From Planctopirus limnophila DSM 3776 (GTDB lineage: Bacteria; Planctomycetota; Planctomycetia; Planctomycetales; Planctomycetaceae): DNA of 32,000 nt. The notes beneath the pieces were generated by a model that was given only the letters and a program-made list of their open reading frames with translations, was not told where the DNA came from and did not search any database. This document shows positions 16,366 through 24,084 of this stretch, in pieces. Within the stretch, counting starts at the first letter, position 1, and every line of letters starts with the position of its first letter. The stretch is taken from NCBI RefSeq assembly GCF_000092105.1, contig NC_014148.1, positions 2,460,001 to 2,492,000 on the forward strand, read 5' to 3'. The position numbers and the translations under genes were made by a program.

Positions 16366-16935
16366 ATGAGTGTTAAGCTGGCAGGCGACCTGCAGTCGGG
16401 CAATGTGGTGATCGTCGAAGGAAATCCCCTTGTTGTTTTGAAAGCCCAGTACAACAAGTCAGGTCGCAACGCTGCCGTTGTCAAACTGCGGATGAAGAAC
16501 CTGTTGACAGGTCGCGTCTCAGAAACGGTCGTCAAAGCCGACGAAAAAATGGAACAGATCATTCTCGACAAGAAAGAATGTACCTATTCCTACTCAGCTC
16601 CACCGGTTCACGTGTTCGTTGACGGCGATTACAACCAGTACGAGATCGATGCCGAAACGATGGCTGATGTTGAAAAATACCTCATGCCGGAAATGACAGA
16701 TGTCGTCGAAGTGACATTCTACGAAAGTAAGCCAATTTCTGTGGTCTTCCCGAAGGTCATCATTCGCGAAGTTGAATACACCGAACCTGTGACCCGCGGT
16801 GATACCTCAGGAAAGATTACCAAGGCAGCGGTCCTTAAGCACTCAAAGTACGAGCTTCAGGTTTCGGCCTTCGTAGAAATTGGCGACAAGATTGAAATTG
16901 ATACGGAGACCGGCGAGTTCCGCCGCCGCTGCTAA
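16366..16935 (+). CDS. efp: Translation elongation factor P, EarP-type (Arg in the acceptor loop)
   Basis: The start at 16366 (MSVKLAGDLQSGNVV...) has AGGA about 10 nt upstream. The track ORF start at 16291 would add a non-EF-P extension overlapping the earP 3' end. The loop KSGRNAAVVKLRMKNLLTG has Arg where EpmA-type EF-P has Lys. 189 aa. Confidence 0.9.
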   Translation: MSVKLAGDLQSGNVVIVEGNPLVVLKAQYNKSGRNAAVVKLRMKNLLTGRVSETVVKADEKMEQIILDKKECTYSYSAPPVHVFVDGDYNQYEIDAETMADVEKYLMPEMTDVVEVTFYESKPISVVFPKVIIREVEYTEPVTRGDTSGKITKAAVLKHSKYELQVSAFVEIGDKIEIDTETGEFRRRC

Positions 16936-17021
16936 TCGAAACATCTCGCAGGAGGACCGTTTTGTTCGGTGTCATGACTGCGTGTTTTGATAAAGCGGGA
17001 TTCGGCCTGTCGGCGAAAAGC

Positions 17022-17058
17022 AAAAAACTCGATCTGCCATGGCAGGTCGAGTTTTTTT
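17022..17058. terminator. Bidirectional rho-independent terminator between convergent efp and the rhodanese gene
   Basis: AAAAAA-CTCGATCTGC-CATG-GCAGGTCGAG-TTTTTTT. A 10-bp stem with one G-U pair, a 4-nt loop, an A-run on the left and a T-run on the right. Confidence 0.65.
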
Positions 17059-17105
17059 GTGGATGGATGGTTCTGAGTCATTCTTGAGTGAACCGCCATT
17101 CAAAT

Positions 17106-17507
17106 TTACTTGGCGACAGGGAAGCCTTCTTTGACAAGGTCTTTGTAACCTTTCTGAAGTGGCCTGACATCGTAGCCATAATCCTTCAGCACTCCAGCGG
17201 CTCCGAGCGATCGGGCACCCACCGCGCAGTGAGTATAAATGATCTGATTTTTGGGCAATATTTTCTCGACGTCTGCCTGCGTCATCCCTTTCTGCAGTTT
17301 ACGAAAGGGAACCAGCAAGGCTCCTTCGACATGTCCACGATCCCATTCCGCCTGATCACGCACATCGACCAGCAGGGCTTTCTTTTCCTGAACCTGCTGT
17401 TTGACCACATCGAGTGAATCGGTCGTGTAATCGGCGCCCTGCGCGTGGCCAAAGCCAGCAAAGACCAAGGCAACAATGACCAGAGAGTTCCTGACCACCA
17501 GATTCAT
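17106..17507 (-). CDS. Exported single-domain rhodanese (sulfurtransferase-like)
   Basis: Signal peptide MNLVVRNSLVIVALVFAGFGHAQG. Rhodanese core LLVDVRDQAEWDRGHVEGA with active-site loop HCAVGARS. Confidence 0.8.
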   Translation of the reverse strand: MNLVVRNSLVIVALVFAGFGHAQGADYTTDSLDVVKQQVQEKKALLVDVRDQAEWDRGHVEGALLVPFRKLQKGMTQADVEKILPKNQIIYTHCAVGARSLGAAGVLKDYGYDVRPLQKGYKDLVKEGFPVAK

Positions 17508-17539
17508 AAAGACTTACCTTTCGCTACGAACCAAAAAAC

Positions 17540-18148
17540 TCACGAAGCCACCTCAGACGAAGTGGATTCCTCCAATCCAGCAGACCGGCGACCAATGCCC
17601 AGCAGCCAGACCAAGCCCATCAGCAGCTTGAGAGTCACACCCACCACATAAAGCAGTGTGAGAAATGCCCAGAAACCTCCAAAAAAGACGCTGAACTTCC
17701 AATTGGCTGGTAAGAAAAGCCACTTCGAATCTGTCTCTTTGTGGTTGATGAAATTCTCGACCTGCGTTTTGGCTCCCTCAATACTGACCGGAGAAACCGA
17801 GATCGAAAAGGAACTTTGTCCTTCACCGACAAACGTGAGTGTTCCTTCGCCGTCAATCTGGCCCCGCCCCTGATTGTGTCGACGCCGCTCTTCAGCGGTT
17901 CTTTCCCGTGCAGCCCGCACCCTGGTTTCGACAGCCAGCAAAGGATCAATGACGGCTGAGCGAAAGGGGATCACAAAGAGCAGACACGTCGATGCCTGCG
18001 CGACTGGTCGTCCTTCCCGGTTCTCCAGCATGACGTATGAAACAGGTGCGATCATCGTGATCACCGTCGGTACAATCACAAACCCGATGACTCCAATCAG
18101 ATGACTGATCCAATTTCCTTGATTACCTGCAGCTTGTTTGGACATCAT
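17540..18148 (-). CDS. Hypothetical membrane protein
   Basis: 202 aa. Hydrophobic helices near the N-terminus (WISHLIGVIGFVIVPTVITMIAPV) and the C-terminus (FFGGFWAFLTLLYVVGVTLKLLMGLVWLLGI). No family recognised. It ends 32 nt upstream of the rhodanese gene on the same strand. Confidence 0.5.
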   Translation of the reverse strand: MMSKQAAGNQGNWISHLIGVIGFVIVPTVITMIAPVSYVMLENREGRPVAQASTCLLFVIPFRSAVIDPLLAVETRVRAARERTAEERRRHNQGRGQIDGEGTLTFVGEGQSSFSISVSPVSIEGAKTQVENFINHKETDSKWLFLPANWKFSVFFGGFWAFLTLLYVVGVTLKLLMGLVWLLGIGRRSAGLEESTSSEVAS

Positions 18149-18339
18149 TACGAATCCCGCACTTCTGAGGTTCCCCTCAGATCAAAAACGACAGTTCATG
18201 AACTCTTCGCCAGCATGACTCAAAAATGCCTGCAGATCGAGTGAGAATTCAAGGCCTTGATCGGCGGAGTCTTCGAATACCCAGTTGGCAGTGAGTTCTC
18301 TCTGCTGGTTTATCACAATTTAAGAGCCGAAGTGAACTC

Positions 18340-18825
18340 ATGGCTGCACCCACGGTCGAACTCGTCTCGGGAGATCTCCTTAAACAACCGGTGGATGTGA
18401 TTGTCAATTCCTGGAATCGAAACTTCATTCCCTGGTGGCTGCTTTTACCCCAAGGTGTTTCAGGTGCGATCAAACGTCATGCCGGGACAGCCCCATTCCG
18501 TGAGCTCAGCCGAGCTGGAATCATGCCCCTGGGCTCTGCAGTCTTAACGTCGGCTGGGCGTCTGCACTTTCGAGGCATTATTCATGTCGCGGGGATCAAC
18601 CTGTGCTGGCTGGCGAGTGAGTATTCCATCCGCCAATCGACTCGTAATGCCGTACAACTCGCGGAACAGCAGGGCTTTTCCTCGATGGCCATCCCTCTGA
18701 TAGGTGCCGGTTCGGGAGGTTTTCCTGCCGAAAAAGCTCGCCACCTGATTCTCGACGAGCTGACAAAACTCAACTTGAAGAGCCCCCTCCTGGTGAAAGT
18801 GGTGACATTCGCTGTTGAAAAATAA
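18340..18825 (+). CDS. Macro-domain protein (ADP-ribose binding or hydrolysing)
   Basis: 161 aa. VSGDLLKQPVDVIVNSWN...GVSGAIKRHAG...IIHVAG...IPLIGAGSGGF follows the macro-domain layout, with an atypical first loop. Confidence 0.7.
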   Translation: MAAPTVELVSGDLLKQPVDVIVNSWNRNFIPWWLLLPQGVSGAIKRHAGTAPFRELSRAGIMPLGSAVLTSAGRLHFRGIIHVAGINLCWLASEYSIRQSTRNAVQLAEQQGFSSMAIPLIGAGSGGFPAEKARHLILDELTKLNLKSPLLVKVVTFAVEK

Positions 18826-18941
18826 CGAAACTTGCCACTCCAATCCGGGGGAGGAGCATCCATCAGATTTTGAAAGCGCATTCTTCGACAGGTCTCTTCG
18901 ACATCCCGTTTCCCTAAAAGAAAACAAGTTGATTGTTAAGA

Positions 18942-18960
18942 AACAATGAGAATCGTTATT
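18942..18960 (+). promoter_or_regulatory. Fur-box-like 19-mer upstream of the membrane protein gene
   Basis: AACAATGAGAATCGTTATT matches the E. coli Fur consensus GATAATGATAATCATTATC at 14 of 19 positions (aligned by hand). It lies 68-86 nt upstream of the 19028 start. Confidence 0.25.
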
Positions 18961-19027
18961 TTACTGTGGTTGTCCACATCAAAGCGTGGGTAGAGTTTCA
19001 TCCATCCCATGAACTTTAACCACAGCT

Positions 19028-20359
19028 TTGAACGAAATTCTTGTGTCATACGCTGCTTTTCCACCGCGAACCTCACGAAGTCCCTGGCAGGAATTCTTCT
19101 GGGGTCTCTGGACTGTCGTGGCTGCCTTTGGTTGTTACTTTTCCATGTATGCCTTTCGCAAACCATTCACTGCCGGGAGTTTCAATGAGCCGCTGTTGGC
19201 TCAGATGGACTTCAAAAGCGTGCTGATCATCTCGCAAGTCTTTGGCTACATGCTCTCCAAGTTCATTGGCATTAAAGTGATTGCTGAAACCCCGCCACAT
19301 CGCCGGGTGCTGGGCATTCTGATTCTCATCGCTCTCGCACAACTGAGTCTGATTGGCTTTGGATTAACACCACGCCCGTGGAATCTGGTCTTCATGTTTT
19401 TCAATGGCCTGCCATTGGGTATGGTCTTTGGATTAGTGCTTGGCTGCCTGGAGGGTCGTCGTTCGAGTGAAGCTCTCACAGCCGGTCTTTGTGCCAGTTT
19501 TATCCTCGCTGGGGGAGTCATGAAGTCTGTGGGAACCTGGCTACTCACGGATGTCGGCATGAGTGAAGACTGGATGCCCGCAACGGCCGGGGGGTTGTTT
19601 ATGCTTCCCCTGGGAATCTGTCTGGTGATGCTCGCTCTGGTTCCTCCACCATCGATCGAAGATATCGCTGCACGAACCGAGCGGAGCACCATGAATGGGA
19701 ATGAACGCTGGACGTTTTTCAGCCGCTATGCACCGGGTCTATTGCCCATTATTGTGTTCTATCTGCTGGTCACGATTCTGCGGAGCCTGCGTGATGACTT
19801 TCAGCCGGAAATCTGGAAAACATTGGGGAGCACATTCACATCCTCGACGTTTACCAAGTCTGAGACTCTCGTGACGCTGGGAGTGATCGCTGTGAATGGA
19901 ACAGCCGTATTGATCCGCAATAATCGGCTGGCGTTTTTTACAGCCTTAGGAACCTGCGGCGTCGGCCTGGGTCTTCTCGCGGGCTCTCTGATTGGACATC
20001 ACCTTGACCTGATGAACGATTTCACTTTCATCGTCCTCCTGGGACTGGGACTTTATCTCCCCTATGTGGCCTTTCATACCACCGTTTTTGAACGCCTGAT
20101 TGCCATGACTCGCGATAAAGGGACCGTCGGATTCCTGATGTATGTTGTCGATGCCATCGGGTATCTGGGCTTTGTCGGGATTGTTCTCCTGAAAAACTAT
20201 ATCTCGCGAAGCACGAACGTTGTAGAACTACTCATCATTTCCAGTTGGGCGAGTGTAATTGTTTCAACAATTGCCCTGGTGATCAGTTGGGTTTACTTCT
20301 CGAAGGTTCAGCCTCGTCAACCAGAATTGACCGAACTCGAAGTCCGCATCTCCCGTTGA
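19028..20359 (+). CDS. Polytopic membrane protein, transporter-like (possibly DUF5690 family)
   Basis: 443 aa with about 10-12 hydrophobic segments. The annotated start is TTG and the true start is uncertain (a GTG follows at 19043, or the later Met in MYAFRKPF). The family recollection rests on the FRKPFTAG-type N-terminus and is not verified. Confidence 0.6.
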   Translation: MNEILVSYAAFPPRTSRSPWQEFFWGLWTVVAAFGCYFSMYAFRKPFTAGSFNEPLLAQMDFKSVLIISQVFGYMLSKFIGIKVIAETPPHRRVLGILILIALAQLSLIGFGLTPRPWNLVFMFFNGLPLGMVFGLVLGCLEGRRSSEALTAGLCASFILAGGVMKSVGTWLLTDVGMSEDWMPATAGGLFMLPLGICLVMLALVPPPSIEDIAARTERSTMNGNERWTFFSRYAPGLLPIIVFYLLVTILRSLRDDFQPEIWKTLGSTFTSSTFTKSETLVTLGVIAVNGTAVLIRNNRLAFFTALGTCGVGLGLLAGSLIGHHLDLMNDFTFIVLLGLGLYLPYVAFHTTVFERLIAMTRDKGTVGFLMYVVDAIGYLGFVGIVLLKNYISRSTNVVELLIISSWASVIVSTIALVISWVYFSKVQPRQPELTELEVRISR

Positions 20360-20401
20360 TGATGGCCGGAACTTCTTTGTCACTCTTCGGATGTACGAAT
20401 C

Positions 20402-21565
20402 ATGCAAGCGACAACATCCAGTTCTTCTCGAGATAGCAGTGGTCGCATGGAACGATTGCGGCTGAGTGAAGCATTTCTCCCCACAGCCTGCACTGCTGCC
20501 GTCTTCTCTGGTGAGACGCACCATCTTGAACTGAATCAGATACCGCTTCCCATGTTGAGTGCCGGGGAAATTCTGGTAAAGGTCACGGCGTGCACACTTT
20601 GCGGGAGTGATCTCCATAGCGTAGAAGGTCGTCGCAAAGTTCCTGTGCCGACAATTCTGGGGCACGAGATTGTGGGGCAGATTGCGGCGATCGGCGGAGA
20701 CTTTACTCCCGCTGATCTCGCCAACGCCCCACTCCATGTGGGAGATCTCGTGACCTGGGCCGTCGTGGCCAACTGCGGCAAATGCTTCTATTGCGAACGC
20801 GATCTTCCCCAGAAGTGCCTGAATTCGGTCAAGTATGGTCACGAAGCGTTTCGTCCCGGGCGAGAACTTCTGGGAGGGTTGGCCGAATACTGCCTGCTGG
20901 TCCCCGGGACGGCAATTATCAAATTGCCACCCCATTTGCCCACATCGGTGGCCTGTCCAGCCAGTTGTGCGACCTCGACAATTGCCGCAGTTCTTGAAGC
21001 GGCTCAACCGCTTAAGGGCCGCAGTATTTGCATTCTGGGAGCCGGGATGCTGGGATTGACGGCCTGTGCGATGTCCAGATCGCTGGGCGCCACCCATGTC
21101 ATTTGCGTTGATCCTCAACCTTATCGACGAGAGTTAGCCTTGAAGTTCGGTGCAACCCACACTTCAGATTCGATGCAACTGGCAGAGACTCTCCGTTCGG
21201 CTGGTCTTCTTCATGGGGTTGATGCCGTTGCTGAACTCTCTGGGAACAATGCCGCCTTTGAAAGTGTCTGGCCTCTCGTGCGACTGGGCGGCACGATTGT
21301 TCTGGCGGGTTCCGTCTTCCCATCACCTGCGATTGGTATGGCACTCGAACAGCTTGTCCGTCGTCAGATTACCATGCGGGGTGTCCACAACTATGGCCCG
21401 AGGCATTTGCGAACTGCTATCGAATTTCTGGCCAGCGAACACCAGAATTACCCCTTCGAGTCGCTGGTCAAGCAGTGGTTTCCTCTGGAACAAATCAGTG
21501 AAGCCATGACGGCAGGTAAAGAACCCTCGGCAATCCGCATCGGGATCACCATGACTCAGAAGTAG
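20402..21565 (+). CDS. Zinc-dependent alcohol dehydrogenase (MDR superfamily)
   Basis: Catalytic-zinc motifs CGSDLH and GHEIVG. Structural-zinc motif CGKCFYCERDLPQKC. NAD fold ILGAGMLGL. Confidence 0.8.
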   Translation: MQATTSSSSRDSSGRMERLRLSEAFLPTACTAAVFSGETHHLELNQIPLPMLSAGEILVKVTACTLCGSDLHSVEGRRKVPVPTILGHEIVGQIAAIGGDFTPADLANAPLHVGDLVTWAVVANCGKCFYCERDLPQKCLNSVKYGHEAFRPGRELLGGLAEYCLLVPGTAIIKLPPHLPTSVACPASCATSTIAAVLEAAQPLKGRSICILGAGMLGLTACAMSRSLGATHVICVDPQPYRRELALKFGATHTSDSMQLAETLRSAGLLHGVDAVAELSGNNAAFESVWPLVRLGGTIVLAGSVFPSPAIGMALEQLVRRQITMRGVHNYGPRHLRTAIEFLASEHQNYPFESLVKQWFPLEQISEAMTAGKEPSAIRIGITMTQK

Positions 21566-21616
21566 GCTCACGAGGTTACTTGAGGCATCTGAAGCAGCAT
21601 CAGCTGACTGGCTGAC

Positions 21617-23734
21617 TCATCCTGCAAAATTTACTCTTCCACCAGCTCTGGCAAAACGCCCCAGTGCCATGAGTGGGAAGTAGAGGGGGTAATAGTGGTA
21701 TCGCAGGTAGAAGACCCTGGGAAAGCCTGTCCCCGTAAATTCTTCTTCGTCCCATGTGCCATTATGTTTCTGAGTTTTCAGCAGGAATTCCACGCCCCGC
21801 TGGCATTCAATCGAGTTCTGCTCACCGGCTGCAATCAAACCCAGTACAGCCCATGCCGTTTGTGAGGCAGTCGGTGTGCCTTGTCCCCTGAGGGTCGGAT
21901 TATCATAAGTGGCGGGAGTTTCACCCCAGCCACCACAGGCCTGCTGCTTGCTCTTGAGCCAACCCGCCGCACGTACTAAGCGAGGATCATGGGCGGAAAT
22001 ACCAATGGCAGTCAGTCCCACCAGAACTTGCCATGTGCCGTAGATGTAGTTAACGCCCCAGCGACCATACCAGGCATGATCGTCCTCCTGATCATTCCAG
22101 ATGAACTCCAGCGCTCTTTGCACAGATGGATCATTGAAACTGATCCCCACGGCTGCATACGCTTCGAGGACGCGAGCCGAAATATCGGCATTCGTCTCAT
22201 CAAGCATGGCGTTATGGTCAGCGAAAGGAACTTTTGTCAGTAGTTCCTTGTTGATATCCGAATCGAAAGCTCCCCATCCACCATCTTTGGACTGAAGTGC
22301 CTTAAGCCACTGCACACCGCGCCCCATGGCTTCTAAGACTGGCCGATGATTTTCCAGTTGCTTGAGTGCCTGTACGCGAGAGGTACTTTCTGCACTCCAA
22401 CCGGTCTGGACAGGAAGAACTCCATGGGAAATCGCTAACGGCGTCGCCTCTTCTGGTAATGTGGAAGCCAGAGCAATCAGCACCATCGCGGTATCATCAA
22501 CATCGGGATAAAACTCATTATTGAACTCGAAATACCATCCGGAGACAGGGGTCTCGGGATGCGCTTTCGACCAGTCACCGGCATGGCGGACTTCTTTACT
22601 CAGCAGCCAGTTCCGGGCTTTAGATAGTGCAGGATGATCTGGCTCGACTCCCGACTCCCTCAAGGCAATGATCGAAATTGCAGTATCCCATACGGGAGAC
22701 AAGCAAGGCTGCAGGCGTAACGCATCCTGCTCGCGGAGCATCAGTCGATTCAATTCGTCCCGCTGTTTTTGAACCATTGGATGCTGATCGTCAAACCCGG
22801 CACACTTAAGCCCGATCAACGTCCAGACGATCGGAGGAAAGATCGCTCCCAATCCATCGCTCATCTCCTGCCGATCCAGGATCCACTGCACACATTTGCG
22901 GACTGCACGCGACCGCAAAGGTTTGATTCCATAACTTTCGATGGACTTCAGGCATTGATCGACGCGAAAGAAAAATCGACTCCAGTTCATCCAGCCGTTG
23001 GAGTTCGACTCATGATTCACACCGCGAATAAACCGGGGCAACTGCTTCTCAGGAGAGGCATACAACTCCTCGATGGTGATCTGATGGCCGTCCGCGTCGT
23101 TCAATTCCACTGCGGGTTGAAAGGCCCAAAGCAAGCTCAGTGGGACGACAATCGTCCGCGACCATGCTGACATTTGTGAAAGATTGATCGGGAACCAATC
23201 GGGCAAGAGAACCACTTCTGGCGGAACAGCCGGGCACAGCGAATAAGGAATAAGCCCCAGCATGGCGAGGTAGAATCTCGTAAAACTGTTGACACGCTCG
23301 ACGCCACCTGCCTGCAGAATGGCTTCACGAGCCCTGATTAAAGCGGGTTCATCGGCTGCATGACCTGTAATTCGCAAGGCCAGGTAAGCTTTGACAGCAC
23401 AACTGACATCGATGGGGCCACCTGGGAAGTTGCTCCAACTGCCATCTGTATTCTGCTTTGTCAGCAGATACCTGGCTGCTGCCTGTGCATCAGGCGATTG
23501 CCCTTCATTCAGAAAGGCCAGCAGGAGGATGTACTCGGATTCGAGGATCGTATCTCCTTCAAGCTCAGCAACGAAGAATCCCTCGGAATGTTGCTGATCG
23601 AGAAGATACTGGCGAGTTCTCGCAATCGCGGTCTGTAATCCCACACAGGTTTCTCGCGTTTTTTCAGCAGGTGCCGAATGTTCGAATGCTGCCAGCAGGT
23701 CGACTCGTTTCGCACCAAAAGTACCTGAAGTCAT
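21617..23734 (-). CDS. shc: Squalene-hopene cyclase
   Basis: 705 aa. Catalytic DxDDTA (YPDVDDTAMVL), repeated QW motifs (for example QNTDGSWSNF, QSKDGGWGAF, QQACGGWGE, QKHNGTWDEE) and a C-terminal GFPRVFYLRYHYY region. Confidence 0.9.
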   Translation of the reverse strand: MTSGTFGAKRVDLLAAFEHSAPAEKTRETCVGLQTAIARTRQYLLDQQHSEGFFVAELEGDTILESEYILLLAFLNEGQSPDAQAAARYLLTKQNTDGSWSNFPGGPIDVSCAVKAYLALRITGHAADEPALIRAREAILQAGGVERVNSFTRFYLAMLGLIPYSLCPAVPPEVVLLPDWFPINLSQMSAWSRTIVVPLSLLWAFQPAVELNDADGHQITIEELYASPEKQLPRFIRGVNHESNSNGWMNWSRFFFRVDQCLKSIESYGIKPLRSRAVRKCVQWILDRQEMSDGLGAIFPPIVWTLIGLKCAGFDDQHPMVQKQRDELNRLMLREQDALRLQPCLSPVWDTAISIIALRESGVEPDHPALSKARNWLLSKEVRHAGDWSKAHPETPVSGWYFEFNNEFYPDVDDTAMVLIALASTLPEEATPLAISHGVLPVQTGWSAESTSRVQALKQLENHRPVLEAMGRGVQWLKALQSKDGGWGAFDSDINKELLTKVPFADHNAMLDETNADISARVLEAYAAVGISFNDPSVQRALEFIWNDQEDDHAWYGRWGVNYIYGTWQVLVGLTAIGISAHDPRLVRAAGWLKSKQQACGGWGETPATYDNPTLRGQGTPTASQTAWAVLGLIAAGEQNSIECQRGVEFLLKTQKHNGTWDEEEFTGTGFPRVFYLRYHYYPLYFPLMALGRFARAGGRVNFAG

Positions 23735-24084
23735 TTCAGGAGCCCCTCCATCCCTGGGCAGATCCTAGTCTTTGTTGATTGAATATCTGGTCTGGATTCT
23801 CCAGTGGCGGTTATCCTAAGCCACTGCATCCAATGCCGCAAGAAAACTTGAGCATGTTCCACAAGCCGCTCAGGACTTTGGCTCGACCGCTTACTGGGCA
23901 CAGCTGGATTTCGCCTGTTCTTAAGGCTTATCAATTCACCAGAGTGGCGATTGACGCGCGAATGGCCATAATCCCAGAGTTATCCTCGATTGTTATGGCC
24001 TTCGCAGAACCTGACTCATCGCGTGCCATGTGCAAGTCGTGAGTCTCTGGTCGCACAGACTTCAGGCATAGCAGTGGCGACTCG

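Noticed and set aside
20264-21118. 284-aa minus-strand ORF antisense to the Zn-ADH gene
   Set aside because: It has no motifs and an R/G/C/Q-rich, noncoding-like composition. It lies entirely within a plus-strand gene that carries clear MDR zinc and NAD motifs.
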